64,000 nt of DNA. Origin: Selaginella moellendorffii (Eukaryota > Plantae > Lycopodiophyta). Below the pieces are notes generated by a model, which ran no database searches, was not told where the DNA came from, and saw only the letters and a list, made by a program, of their open reading frames with translations. The stretch spans positions 62,001-126,000 of the forward strand of contig NW_003314363.1 of NCBI RefSeq assembly GCF_000143415.4. Direction: 5' to 3'. Position numbers and translations under genes: made by a program. Of the stretch, positions 48,655-63,018 are shown in pieces (the stretch's first letter is position 1; each line of letters starts with the position of its first letter).

Positions 48655-51292
48655 TTATGTTGATCGAGAGATCACAAACCTTGCAAGACATCGAGAGCCA
48701 ATGCAGCTGGATCCAAATCTTTCTCGACCAGCCGGTAGACGTCCAGAACCTGCAGCAACCCAAATCTCATTATTCAGGAACTCCACTCCATCGTGAGTAG
48801 AGAGAGCATCACTCACTTCGTCAACATGAAGCCTCGAGTCCTCGGTGAAAGCCAATAGGAGCTGGCGCCGGATTTCGGGATCGGTGATGACAACTCTCAC
48901 ACCGTCTTTGATGGTGTCTGTGAGATCGAGCTTGGGAACCTGGCCTTGAGAAGCCGTGGCAGACCTGCAGCAGCACAAAACATTGAGCTTCTAATCCGAT
49001 GGAAAAAAAGTGACCTTGCTTTTGACTTCGGACGCTGGGGTTGCGACTCATCATCGCTACTTGCTCTCTGGCAAGCATGATCAAGTTCTCCAGCCGATTC
49101 CACTGAAACATGCCATCCTTGAACAGCACCTAGATAACAAATGTGAGAGTTACTTTAGAATCTCGCAAACATCTAGAGATGAGATTTTCTTACTTGCAGC
49201 AATCTCTCCCGCAGGTATGGCTCGGGATCAGTCAAGAGTCTCTTTGCTACGTATGGATAAGCTACCTGAGTTTTTTTTTTTTTTTTGTTGCGTGTGAGTT
49301 GAAGATAGAAAAAGTGAAGAGAAGCTTACCTCGAGAAACTTAAAATCTGGCTGGAGCGTCAAACAAATTCCTTCCTGTGTTAGTAGCGAGCGGATGACTA
49401 GCGAATACTTCTCAGGTATACGAATAGGATACTGGTACACAAGCTCATTGAATTGTTCTGTGAACAAAAGCAAAAGAACCACATCAAGAATCACGAGAAA
49501 GAAAAGCTTGCATACTTGTAACAATGCGGAAGTTAAAATCCGCGAGACCCTTCCCCATTGAGTTTCCCCAGATCGCCTCCAGAGCTGGAACAATAGGAGT
49601 TATGTCCGTTCCCGGTGCAAGAAATCCAAGTCTAGAGAAATCGTTGGCCATTTCCACGTAGTCTTCGTTAACGGCGTGAACGACCGCATCAATGAGAATT
49701 TGCTTATTTCTCTGCATGAACGACGGCCTGTAAGCAGGATATAATAAAGTGTCTCTGCGAAAAAGATACCTGTGTGAGCTGTGCTACATTGCCAAAATCA
49801 ACGTAAGCAATGCGGCCATCACGCATTGCAAAAATGTTTCCAGGGTGAGGATCGCCATGAAAAAGACCAAACTCAAGAAGCTGCCTTAGAGCTGCGCTCA
49901 CACCAACAGTGATAAAGGCTGGCACGTTGATACCAGCATCAGTTATAGCCTAGAGAGGCGCAACATATAAGCGTGAGGTCGAGAGTCCCTACAAACAACT
50001 AATGACGGACCTGAGGATCAGTGCAGCGAATTCCGTCAATCCACTCCATCACCAAAACACGAGAGCCGGAGAAGCTCTTGTACACGAGAGGGATCTTCAC
50101 GGTCGGATCATTCTTAAAGTTCTTGTAGAAGTCCTCAAGGTTTCGTGCTTCCTGTCTCAGGAAAAAGATTTCAAGAATTAGCAATCAAGAAGAAGACGGG
50201 GAAGGATTTAACTTACAAGAGTGTAGTCGAGCTCTTCTAGCAGCTTCTCTCCAAACTCGTCGACAATCAACTCAGCATTACATCCAAGCTTCTTTGTGCT
50301 GATGCCGTTCAAGAAAGATGCAAGGGTTCTAAACAGAAACAAATCTCTGTAGATTATAGGCTCGATGCCAGGTCTCTGGACCTACAAACCAGCATTTCAA
50401 CTCGTGGAGAAAGATGTAAGCGAGAAAGTTTAAGAAAGGAAGAGAGTACCTTGACGGCGACTTCCTCTCCAGAAAGAAGCGTTGCTCGGTATACTTGACC
50501 AAGGCTAGCTGCGGCAACTGGCTGTGCCGAGATTTTCCGGAAAGCTTTCTCCAGAGGCATGTTAAGGTCGCTCTCGATGATGCTGAATGCAATCTGGCAG
50601 AAGAAAATGAAAACCAATACGAAACAAGCTTAATAGCAAGACCTGGTTTGGGAACGATGGAACGTCATCCTGGAGTGTGCACAACTCGTTCATGTAATCC
50701 TGTCGAACGATATCGGGCCTGTTCGCAAGAACCTGCAAAACAACCGAGTTTCGAAATCCATGAAACACGCAAGAAGTTTTTCATACCTGTCCAGCCTTTA
50801 CAAACGAGGGTCCTAGATCGCAGAGCAAAGTCCTGAGCTGTGCAGCACGAAGGGGGACCATTTCGTCGTCTCTTCCAACCAGACAATCGTAGGAAAGGCT
50901 CGCCCAGTACAGTCCGAGCCTCCATATGATCTCCACGCATCGCCCAACAACGGAGGCGAATGACTCCCTCGACTCAAGCACTCTTTGGCGAACCTGTTTG
51001 CTCCAAACACTAGGCTAAGTACGAAAGAGTCCGCGATCTCGAGCCTTACCAGTTCCGGTGTGTACTTTCTCAAGAGATTGCAAGCTCCTCGCTCCAAGTC
51101 CAGCTCCTCGAGTGCTTCGGTCGAGGGGAAAGCAGTGGCAGAGCCATTGAGACCCGACTTGATTCTGAGCGGAGCTGTAGCGACCCGACAGATCACACAG
51201 CTCCTTCTCCTCGTCCGACCACTGATCGAGTGTGGAGGAACATTTCGGAGCCTGGCACTGCTTCCAATTGCCGGTGTTGCTGCTACCTCCAT
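48655..51292 (-). CDS. ABC1K1: Plastoglobule ABC1-like atypical kinase 1; multi-exon
   Basis: LEELDLERG..RKYTPE, LGPSFVKAGQVLANRPD, AAASLGQVY, VAVKVQRP, FHGDPHPGN, YVDFG. Confidence 0.92.
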
Positions 51293-51484
51293 GTTGGCAG
51301 TGAAAAAGAGCCACACTTTCTGGGCAAAGCATGTCCACGTAGACCCCGTTAAAAAGCCCACAGCCCTTTTGGATCATATCCATTCATTTCTCATCGCATT
51401 TTCTCATCCAGGAAATGCACCACTTGTATGAGTGACAAGGTGGATAGACTCCACCGCCATGGAAGATTTTTGCAACGCTCCTTC

Positions 51485-53254
51485 CTAGCTGGTTGCATCC
51501 ATTTTGAGCGTGTTTTGCATCAGCACGAAACGGGCACCGTCCGACTCCGGCATGACATGGACGCCAGCGGCTTTTGCTGCGAGCTTGGCATCTTTGTGAA
51601 GTTTGCAAGCACTGATCAAAGAAACCCAGCCATCCCTCTCGCACTCGACGGAGTTTAGAAGCAGTTCCTCCGCCTGTTCCAGCAGGCCCAAGCGACCCAG
51701 GAGATCCACCATGGAAATGCAGTGCTCGACGGCAGGAGCAACTCCATAGTCGTGCTTCATGCCCCCAAAGTACTGGCAGCCGTCCTCTGAGAAGCCTCCG
51801 TGGCTGCAAGCCAGCAGAAGAGCACTGAAAGTTGCCTCGTTTGGCTGGTGGATACTCTCCAGCTCCAGTGTCCTGAAAAGCTCGAAAGCTTGGCTTGCTT
51901 GGCCGTTCTTTGCATACCCTGCGACCGCAGCATTCCAAGTGACTATGTCGCGTTTCCTCATTCCGTCGAACACGCTTCTAGCCGCTTCCATGCCTCCACA
52001 CTTTGCATACATGCTCACGAGTCCGTTGCCTACAGCGACTCCTCCTCCAATCTCCATGCCATTGACGATGGAGTGGTGAAAGATCCTACACGCTTCCAGT
52101 TCTCCCAATCTTCCAAAAGCCTCGAGAGCTGCCACGACGGCGACACCGTCTACAGGAACTCCTTCCAGGTCCATGACGCTAAAGAGTCGCACAGCATCCT
52201 TGAATCGTCCAGCCCGGGTGTAAGTTGCGATCATAGCAGTCCACGACACTGTGTTCTTGTGTGCCGCTCTATCGAACACGTCTTTAGCTCGTTCGCTCAA
52301 GCCACACCGTGCATAAGCGCTAACGAGAGCTGCGCTCAACATCGTGTCGGACTCCATCCCCCTGAGTGTGATCTCATCGTGGGCAAGACGAACAAACATT
52401 TCAGCACTGGCGGCGGCCTGGAGAACTGCGACGAATGTCATTCTGTCGGCTTGCACGGTGCCTTCCAAATCCATTGACGCCAGTAGCCGAAACGCAGCCC
52501 CGGTCATTTCCTGTTCTCCATACGCAGCAAGCATCACATTCCAAGAGGCTGTATCCTTTCTGAAAGGCATTGAATCAAAGAGCTTGTTTGCTTGCTCGAT
52601 ATGCCCGTTTTGGGCATATGCCGAGATCAATGCATTCCAAGACACGGCATCTCTCTCGGGCATCTGATCAAAGACCGCCTTGCATCTATCCAAGTCCCTG
52701 AGCTGCGCATAAACCGTTATAACGGTGTTCCAGGAGACCAGATTCTTCATTGGCATCCTGGCGAAGACACTGCAAGCTCTTTCCATATCCCCGTTTCGGG
52801 CATGTCCAGAAACAAGAGCAGTCCAAGACACGACGTCCCGCTGCGGCATTGCGTCAAAGATTTCCCGAGCTTTAACCATGAGACCGTTTTGAGAGTAGAT
52901 CTTCAGCATCACATTCCACACCACTACATCCTTGTCTGGCATCGTATCAAAGAGCTCTCGAGCTTCGACAAGATACCCGTTCTGAGCATATGCGGTGATC
53001 ATGACAGTCCACGAAAAAACATTAGGCCTGTCTATGCTCTCAAAGGCCGCCACCGCGCGCTGAATGCTCCCACAGCTCCCATACATCTGAACGATGAGAT
53101 TGCCGAGGTATCTGTTTCGAGAGTGGTGGTGCGATGCTGCAATTCGGCCGTGAACGAGAGTGCCTTGTGCTAGATCCTTGGCCCGCGCGCATTTTCTAAG
53201 CAGAGAAGCCAAGAGGGCGCATTCGTCTCGAAACGAAGTGTCGACTGTTGACAT
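51485..53254 (-). CDS. PLS-class pentatricopeptide repeat protein (organellar RNA-editing type), intronless, partial E domain, no DYW
   Basis: Tandem 31-aa S-type repeats (FDxMPxRDVVSWxALI), followed by HGG..MVDLLGRLGLL..W.SLISACKLH. Confidence 0.93.
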   Translation of the reverse strand: MSTVDTSFRDECALLASLLRKCARAKDLAQGTLVHGRIAASHHHSRNRYLGNLIVQMYGSCGSIQRAVAAFESIDRPNVFSWTVMITAYAQNGYLVEARELFDTMPDKDVVVWNVMLKIYSQNGLMVKAREIFDAMPQRDVVSWTALVSGHARNGDMERACSVFARMPMKNLVSWNTVITVYAQLRDLDRCKAVFDQMPERDAVSWNALISAYAQNGHIEQANKLFDSMPFRKDTASWNVMLAAYGEQEMTGAAFRLLASMDLEGTVQADRMTFVAVLQAAASAEMFVRLAHDEITLRGMESDTMLSAALVSAYARCGLSERAKDVFDRAAHKNTVSWTAMIATYTRAGRFKDAVRLFSVMDLEGVPVDGVAVVAALEAFGRLGELEACRIFHHSIVNGMEIGGGVAVGNGLVSMYAKCGGMEAARSVFDGMRKRDIVTWNAAVAGYAKNGQASQAFELFRTLELESIHQPNEATFSALLLACSHGGFSEDGCQYFGGMKHDYGVAPAVEHCISMVDLLGRLGLLEQAEELLLNSVECERDGWVSLISACKLHKDAKLAAKAAGVHVMPESDGARFVLMQNTLKMDATS

Positions 53255-53302
53255 CTGTGGCAAGCGAATAGAAAAGATTTCGCTACGCAGTCATCGTGCG
53301 CA

Positions 53303-53350
53303 GTGCGATTCAAAGTTGGCATGGACGTGCGATTCAAAGTTGGCATGGAC
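53303..53350. repeat. Perfect 24-bp tandem duplication in the PPR/GGPPS divergent intergenic region
   Basis: gtgcgattcaaagttggcatggac occurs twice. Confidence 0.9.
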
Positions 53351-53491
53351 GAATGTTTGTTAGCTTCCGGTGACAACGTTGACTGTGTGGCGGACGAGTT
53401 CGTTCCACTCCAGCTCCACTGTTAAAAGGCGAGAATATGTGGAGGGGAATCTCGAGTGAGCTGCAAGCCAAGCGCCAGGAGAGCAATTTAA

Positions 53492-54667
<1,176 letters not shown>

Positions 54668-54779
54668 CCGTGTACCATTTTAGGGCTTATTCTTTATACG
54701 AAAGGAAAGCGTCAAAAAGTTGATCACATTTCTAATACAAGTAAGAAAAACAAACAAACTAGCTTACTTTGCAGCAATT

Positions 54780-54851
54780 TGCTCCCAGTGAGGATCGAAC
54801 TCACGACCTCTCGCTTACGAAGCGAGCGCAATACCACTATGCTATGGAAGC
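54780..54851 (-). tRNA. trnT: tRNA-Thr(CGT)
   Basis: GCTTCCA/TGGGAGC acceptor stem, CTCGC-TTCGTAA-GCGAG anticodon arm, GTTCGATC T-loop, downstream T-run. Confidence 0.95.
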
Positions 54852-54948
54852 CTTAACTTATTCTCGATCCGCTCAGCTTCCTAGAACAATTGATGTGTCT
54901 TCTTGTATTTTCATGTTTACTTGAATAAAGAGCTACCTAGGGCTTGCC

Positions 54949-55693
54949 ATGGCGCTCTCGGGGCTCTCGTCCGTAGCATCCGGAGCGGCGCTGGTGGCGG
55001 CGTCGTCTACATCAGGGCCTGGGGTGAGCTTAAACCTAGCCGCATTTGTTTGATCCATCGCCACAGAGAGATTTCGTCTTGCAGCGGACGAGCGTGAGGA
55101 TTCCTACATTTCTAGCATGGCGGAGGGATCGGAGACTGCTGAGGTGCGATTCCGCCCGCGCCTTGTCGCCTGCGAGTAAGACTGGGGAGGAATCCGCGAC
55201 GAGGAGCGCGGTAGCGGCATCAAAGCCACAAGACCCGCTCAGATCGTTTCCGTGGGACGTGGCCGCCAAGAGATTCGCCGCCAGGCTATCCGACTTGGTG
55301 TGGACGGCGCTCAAGTGGCTCACCATCCCTGTGCTGCTCGTCTCCTCCGCCAGCGAGCTCGCCTACACGCTCGTCCATGGCAAGGCCCTCTTCGTGCCAG
55401 TCTCCATGCTCCTCGGGATTGCGCTCGCGGGGATCATGAACGAGGTTGCGAAAGAAGTGTCTCCAAGTCTCCGGGTACGTGCACGCTTGCGAGCGACTGA
55501 CTTGACGAGTTTTTCTCGCCTCGTTCTCTTGCAGAAGGGATTTCCATTCCACTTGGTGGTGATCGGCGTTGGATTTGGATTGATCAAGATGCCCGGACCC
55601 TCGTATCCTTTCTGGGGACGGATAATTCTTCCACACTTTGCGAATGGCGGGCTGTGGCAGACTTGCTATCTCATCTGGCGTGGGCTGAGATGA
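54949..55693 (+). CDS. Plastid-targeted membrane protein, resembling EMB1273; two introns
   Basis: Ser/Ala-rich transit peptide, several TM segments, motif KMPGPSYPFWGRIILPHFANGGL. The family assignment is from memory only. Confidence 0.7.
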
Positions 55694-55841
55694 TCTTCGG
55701 AGTGTTTTACTACTCTCGAGATATTTGAGGAGGGCATATCCGGCAGGGATCCTTGGAATATCCACTTGGTGCTTCTTTCAAAGTTAGTAGTTCTTCCACT
55801 TCCGCCCTAGGAGAGATTTTTGGCCGCGCCTGCCACTAGCT

Positions 55842-57956
55842 ATGCAGGGCACTCGAGTGCCTCTCCATTGCTCTCCATTCCTTCCGCTCCCTCCGCCACC
55901 GCTTCTGCCACCTCCGCTGCCGCTTTCTCCATTCCAATCCACTCTCGCGAGCAGCTGCTCGTTTCAGTCTCTTCCTCTCGCCTTGTCCCCGCCGAGAAGT
56001 GGTGCTCTGGAGAGCTGTGCTGCTGCGTTCTGGAGCCCGAGCTTGGTGAGAAAGCAGAGGAGGAGGAGATTGTCGAAGCTGGATGCCGTTGCCAATGCTG
56101 TGGAGGAGCGGGAGCGGGAGCGGGACACTGGTACCATTGGGCCTCGCCGAATTGCTCTCTTCGTGGAGCCGTCTCCGTTTGCGTGAGTAGCAAATTTCTT
56201 TCCTCTCATTCTCTCATTGTCTTGCTGGGCACAGCTATGTCTCTGGATATAAAAATCGCTTCCAGAATTTCATTCGCTATTTGAGAGAGATGGGGGACGA
56301 GGTTCGTGCTTTTGCGTGCTTTTCTTCTTGTTCTGTTTATAATCTTTAATCCCAGGTGCTGATTATCACGACACACGAAGGTGTTCCCACCGAGTTTCAT
56401 GGAGCCAAAGTTATCGGTTCCTGGAGGTAATGCTCAATTTCTACGAAGAAAAAACGTTTTTTCTTTTTTCTTTTTCCTTTTGAAACAAGTGTTTTTCTCT
56501 TTTCTCGTGAAGCTTTCCTTGCCCGTTCTACAAACTCGTTCCCCTGTCGCTTGCTCTCAGTCCACGCATCATCTCTGAGGTTGCGCATTTCAAGCCCGAT
56601 ATAATTCATGCGTCCTCTCCAGGAATAATGGTATGGTTTTGATTTTCTTCTACATTTTAATTCTTGATGCAGGTTTTCGGCGCTCTAGCGATTGCAAAGC
56701 TGCTCCACATTCCTATTGTGTTGTCCTACCACACTCATGTCCCTTTGTAAGCTCTTATTGTCTTTTCTTTCACAAAGTTAATGCTTGATCAACAGGTATA
56801 TACCGAAGTACACATTCAGCTGGCTCGTCAAACCAATGTGGCTGATCATCAGTAAAGTTTCACTTTCCCAAGCCAAATCGAATGTTAAATTTAAAAAAAA
56901 AAACTTTTTCTGTCGTGCAGAATTCTTGCATCGAGCTGCAGACCTTACGCTGGTAACTTCCAGTGTTCTTGGAAAAGAGCTCAAAGCAGCTGGCGCAGCA
57001 ACAGGTATAGTGCAATCAATGTTTGTTTGCATCTAATCCATCCCTTTCCAGCCAACAAGATTCGTGTTTGGCGCAAAGGTGTCGACTCGGATAGATTCCA
57101 TCCTCGATATAAAAGTGACGCTATGAGAAACCGGCTCACGTAAGCTTCGGTACATTTTCTCCTTCCGATCTCCATGATCTTGACTGGCAAATCACTTTCA
57201 GCGGCGGGGAACCTGAGCGTCGCCTAGCGATTTATGTGGGAAGACTGGGAGTCGAGAAGAACCTGGAGTTCTTGTACAAGTATGTCAAGAAATACTTCCA
57301 CCGGTTTTCTGTTTTCTCACGTTGCAGTGCTTTTAGAGTGATGCAGAGACTACCCGACGCAAGGATTGCGTTTGTAGGTGATGGACCGTCCAGGTAAGTC
57401 GCTGAATTTCATGGCTAAACTTGTTCTAGCGAGTCCACATCTTTGCAGGAAGGACTTGGAGGAATTGTTCGCGGATTTGCCAGTGGTTTTCACTGGAATG
57501 CTTCAAGGAGAAGAGCTCTCACAAGCCTACGCCAGTGCGGACGTGTTCGTGATGCCATCCGAGTCGGAAACGCTGGGCTTCGTGGTCCTCGAGGCAATGG
57601 CCTCCGGAGTTCCCGTGGTTGCGGCTCGGGCGGGGGGCATTCCCGACATTATCTGCGAGGGTGGCGAGACCGGATTCCTGTATGCTCCTGGCGATTTGGA
57701 CGAGTGCGTGAACAGGGTGCGAAGTTTGTTTGATTGCGAGGAGCTGCGGCAGAGGATTGGAGACGCCGGGCGGAAAGAAGTGGAGAAGTTCGACTGGAGA
57801 GCGAGCACGAGACAAGTGCGGAACGAGGAGTACGGGGCTGCGATCTGGTTTTGGAGAAAGAGGAGGCAGCAGTTTTTGAGAAGATTAGCGTGGGTCATGA
57901 GGAAGCTACACTTGAAACAACGCTGGCCTGGTGGAAATGTTGGAAGTGCAACTTGA
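55842..57956 (+). CDS. SQD2: Sulfoquinovosyldiacylglycerol synthase (GT4); multi-exon
   Basis: PRRIALFVEPSPFAYVSGYKNRFQNFIRYL, IIHASSPG, SYHTH, MPSESETLGFVVLEAMASG. Confidence 0.95.
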
Positions 57957-58022
57957 TTGGACAATATTCTTTACCTTCGGTTTAAGAAACTTAGAAGAGA
58001 CAATGTTCAAGACAGCCTTGGC

Positions 58023-58842
58023 TTACTTCGACTTGCTAATCTCCTTTCTGTCTTTGTCATAGTCTTCTACTAGCTTTCGGACATCCTCCCAAAACAAAGC
58101 CTCTGCAAAAACTCCTTCGCTGGAGAACCTGGGCAGCAAAATTAGTGTGTTGTGTTGGATACAACCGTGACAAACCACACGACAAGCATACCATTTTGTA
58201 ACGCTCTTGGTAAACTCCACCGGCGAATGGGCCGAGATGTGACCCGGATCAGCACTCGCAATGCGTAGAGTATACTTTGGCGAGTGACGGGGGAGCTTGG
58301 ACGATATTGCTAGTCCAGTACTGGTAAACGAGCCCTGCAACACTCAAGTTAGAGTCCTCTCCCGCAAGAAAGAAGAAGAAAAAAACAATCGTGACGTACC
58401 GGGAACGGATACGTGACGACTATGTTGTTCTTCTCCTTGAAGTAGACGATCGCTTGGATGGCGAGATTCAAGACAACATACGTGGGATCTGTGTCAAGGA
58501 AACAAGAAAGGAAACAAAACAAAGATTTGAGGATATAAGGCAATGCAGACGAGTAGAACTGGCTTGTTCTCCGGGAATTTCTTGGGATAGAGCTGCGCTG
58601 CCAGAGCAACGAGGCAGGCTAGAAAGCCAAGGCCCAGCTTCATGTTGCTCACCGTCACATTCTCCTTGAATCCCATGTCGCCGATGACCTGGTAACGGAG
58701 AATCCAGCTCTCAGCTCCCAGATCTAGCGAAATTCTCATGAGCTCCTACCTCGGAGACAGTCTCATCGAGCATGCGCTTGATGGCGAAGTGATCGCTGAG
58801 ATTGACCTTCTTAACCGCGGCCGCGGCCTTCGCCTCCCCCAT
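58023..58842 (-). CDS. SPCS2: Signal peptidase complex subunit 2 (SPC25); includes a U12 AT-AC intron
   Basis: KKVNLSDHFAIKRMLDE, SNMKLGLG, two TM segments around KKFPENK, SSKLPR, FTKSVTKWF..GV. Confidence 0.9.
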
Positions 58843-58955
58843 AGCCGGCGACGGTAAACCCTAAGACTGGATTTCCCGTAATGACATGGATTTATACACG
58901 TCACACTTCTCCTGATATCTCCCGCCCAACGGGCAGCTGCGCATTTAGGGTTCCT

Positions 58956-61900
58956 ATGGCCGAAGCTCCTTCTCCCCGTCCTCTCCCGCCCGAGAGGGAT
59001 CTCTACGGCAAGGATGATCTTCACTACCTCAGTTTCTCGGCGCCAGTGCCGACGCTGCCGTTCATCGACATCCATGACTATGTAAGTGTTTCTTTGAGCA
59101 GTGGAGCGGTTCTAAGCTAGGGATTGTCGAGCAGGATTTACCGTATGGCGGGAAGAACTTCCTGCACGACACTTTTGCGAAATCGCAGACCACGCCCAGC
59201 CCGTTTCAGTTCAAAGGATCGACTGTGAAGAAGGAAGGAGCGAATTTGCTGTCTTGCCTTACTGGTGTCAAGACCGATGTCACGCGCCACAAGCATTGGG
59301 TGCCTGGCTGCGGCCGTGTGCGATGTAAGTACGACCAGCAATTCACCGAAGAGGCTGTGAAGCAGCTGGAGGATTTGCTGGATGGGAAAAAGAAGAGGTC
59401 TTCCAAGTCGGGCTCTCAACGGTCGCGCAGGAGTTATGTCTGCTACATGGTGGACGAGTGCGTGGATACAGGAGATTTGGAGGGGCTGGTTTTCGACTTC
59501 GATGCTGACAGTGATACCACAGTTGCTCAAGGTAGCTCCAGCAGCAGTAGTGACGAGGACGATAGCCCCGAAAAGAAGCCTGGAGTTATGGACAAGTCTC
59601 CGAACGAGTACCTTGCTCTCATCAAGGATTCCATGAGCCGTATCGGTCTGCGAACGCAAATGCTACATGACCTTTCGCTCGGTGAATGTCCTCCGAGAGA
59701 GGCACCGGCGTCAGCTCCAGCTCGATCGCAGGTTCAGGGATCTGCCGCCGCCGCTGCTCAAGAAGCGGATTCACCATATATGTCGCATACAAGCATCAGT
59801 GTCAAGCAAGCCCGAAAGCTAGTAAGTTCAAGCCTGCATGGAGACTCTTTTTTATATTTTTCTTTTGTGCTTTCCAGGTTGGTGCGATGCACACTGATGA
59901 GCAGGCTATCGATTTGAGGGACTTGCTGTCCTGGATGGAACAACTGGGTGGGCTCTCTGTTTATTATTCGTGTTTACGAGAGGATTCCTGCTGTCCAGGT
60001 GCTATGGCTGAAGAAAAGAGCAAAGAGTACGAGTCCCGGCAGAGTTTAAAGCCCGAGTCTACAGAACAGATGAAGTCGAGGCTGCAAAACGTGGGAGGAA
60101 GTGACTGGAGACTTCCTGCCTCTCCACCTATCGCTTTACAGCTTGCGAACGAAGATTTGCAAAATCGACTGGCTAATCTGTATCAAGAAAAGGTTCTCAT
60201 CATCTGGTTCTACGGTTTGTAAACGTTTGGTGATACTATGTTTGTTGACAGAACTTCCTGAATAACAAAATTCAGAGCTTGAGAAAGGAAGACCTGGATG
60301 TAAGTTCGGCTGTAACAGAGAAGAGCGTTCTTATGTCTGTCTGTTAATGCAGGAATCTCAAAACATGCCGCAGGAGTTTATGTCAGCACTACGGTCCTTG
60401 GTGTGTTTCTCCTTCACCAGCTTAAGGACATATCTTGAGTGGTAAATGCACTTGATTCTGAAAGTCCCGTGACAGGATGGGCTTTAAGCATTGTTTACTA
60501 CTTATTCGCAGGAAGAAGACTACGAACTTCTTGGTGACTCAGTGTCGCAAAATCTTGAATCTGCTGAACGTTTGGTACGAAGCCTTCCTTTGATTTCCCA
60601 TTGATTTGAGTTTCTTTGGTTTGTCAGGAAGGACGATATCAGCTACTTGAGCAACAGCTGAATGCAACCGGTAAAGAGTTTCTTATATTCGTTGCTCCGC
60701 TTCTCAAAAGTTTTGTTCTTTGCTGGCAGGAAATAGTGCCGGCAAACATCTTCACGACATGGTGAAAGTGAAAAATCTACTGGGACCAGATGCCGTTGAA
60801 GGGCTTCAAAAATTACCTCCATCAAGACCTGATTCAGCTTTAAGTGAGGCAGAAAAAACTACACGGGAGGTCACAGAAGATCCTAATAAGAAGCCAAGGA
60901 AAAGCAGAAGTCCCGAAGCGATGCGAGAAGGAGGTGAAGGGGCCGCTTCAAAGCCACCGATTCGGATCCAGTCAAAAGTCTACCCAAGGAAGTCACCCAG
61001 CCCGAAGTTAGGCAAAGGAGACGACGACCGGCGTAGTCCCAGTCCTCTATCTGCCTCTGGAAGTCAGACTCCCGACTCGAGGTCGACAACTAGAAGTGAA
61101 ACTGCAAGCCAGGGTAAAAATCTGATACAGATCATCCAGGACGACAAGACGAAGATTATTGAAAGTCGAGATGATGGAAGTGATAAGAGAGTTAGACGTC
61201 CTGCAAGGAAGGATAAAGCTGTTCAAACTGATTCGATTACAGTATCGTCCCTGGTAACTTCATCCTTCTTATATCTTCCTCTGACCATGTTTTAATTTCA
61301 GATGGATGATCATCGTGACTTTGCTGATGAACCACACGTGTCTACGACTCACTTGGAGGTGCGTGATTTATTTGGATTCATTCAAATTAGAAATGTTGTG
61401 TGCACACCAGGTTAAGGCTGCCGAAAAGCCTGAGAAGCCACCCACTCCAGTTCCAACACCCAAACCAACAGTCGCGGACAAAGTTAGTGCCAGACCAGAA
61501 ACACCAACTACAACACCAACTTCAAGCCCAGCAACACCAGCAACAGGAAGTCCTTCAGAGTCTCCTGCGCTGGACGGCGATTCCTCCAAAGTCAACATGC
61601 TTCACAAAGAGCTGGTAAGTCTTAGCTTGGGATCAAAAAAGTTTTTGACGCACAAACCGGGCTTGTTCATGACAGGAAAAATCCAAGAAGCAACTCAACT
61701 ATTACCGTACTCGTAACTGGGCTGAAAAGCACGAGGCTCACGCTGTTCCGATTCCTGTTACTGCGACACGACGCCAAGAAGAACCATTGGCTCCTGAGGG
61801 AGACGTCGGACTTATTTTCGTTTACAACCCAACGTCTGGATTCCATACAATGCTGTCATCGGGCGACGTGGGACAGTCGAAGAACAAAGGTTCACTCATA

Positions 61901-62068
61901 AGAGGATCCACCATTTACCACCACGATAAGCCAATGTCAGCACCAGCGGGACTTTCCAGGTCCGGTATGCCCATGTCAGTGAGCACCAGCAACAGAGTTG
62001 TGTCAGCCAGTCAAGTGATGAAACTTATAGCCAAAAGAAGGGAGCAACAACAAGCAGCAAAGAAGTAA
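58956..62068 (+). CDS. Multi-exon protein of unknown function with Ser/Pro/charged low-complexity regions
   Basis: A chain of open exons with GT-AG borders from MAEAPSPRP.. to ..REQQQAAKK*; no recognised domain. Exon structure is tentative. Confidence 0.65.
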
Positions 62069-62121
62069 AGGTTTGTTTTGGGAGGGACAGATGTAGCAGC
62101 AGAAAACGTGTTTCACGCTGT

Positions 62122-63018
62122 CTATCTTCGCATCAAAAGGACAACCGTGTGTGCAGCAATGCTCCGATTCTCACCGAGGCTGTCAACCTTTTCGTGCGTT
62201 TTGGCCTTGATATTGATTACAGACGGGTGCACTCCGAGAAGACTGCAAAGGTTGGCTCGGATTTCTTCTTTGTGTGGGCTTAACTTTGGCCTTTGCAGGA
62301 TCAAGGTGGCGTCGAGGTTTCCCAGCTCGTATCCGGCTTCATGCATGCGCTTCACCTGAAGATCTCTACGTTTAAATGGAGGCAAACAGAATGACGAGGG
62401 GTTTACCGCTTCTTTCACGAAAACAGAGGAAGCTGCTCCACGCCATCTGGGATCTGTGTCCGGGAAGAGCTGTCCGATATCCGGCAACGAAAGTGCACCT
62501 AGGATGGCGTCCACAACGCAGTGTAGCAACACATCACCTGTGCAGTTCAAAGTTTGAGACAACGAAAACAACAACACCCATGGGTTTAAAAGAACAGGAT
62601 GACAACTCTACCATCGGAGTGAGCTTCGCATCCGCGATCGTGAGGAATGTCTATTCCACCAATCGTGAGGGGCAGTCCGGGTTCCAGCCGATGCAAGTCA
62701 AAGCCGTGTCCAACTCGGAAGGGGAGCACAGGTGCACTTATGGAAGCCGTTCTTCCGGTTTCGACTTCCACGGTCGTCGTTGATGCGCAACAAATGGTTC
62801 CACGAGCTGCTCTGGAAACTCTCCTGCTCAGCTCAACCCTGCTCGGACTACGAGCGAACGATTCAACGCCATCGTAAAACATGCGCTCGCTAGAATGAAT
62901 TCACCACCAAGCTCTCGGAAATTCGGGCTTACCCACAAGGCGCTGGTCGAATTTCCTTGTGCTGGAACAGAGACGAAGCCGCCGCCAAGGACGTCCCTTG
63001 TTGCATCATGGTCGCCAT
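62122..63018 (-). CDS. ISPF: 2-C-methyl-D-erythritol 2,4-cyclodiphosphate synthase (MEP pathway)
   Basis: FRVGHGFDLHRL, EAHSDGDVLLHCVVDAILGAL, DIGQLFPD, KAKTHEKVDSLGE. Start codon is tentative. Confidence 0.95.
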
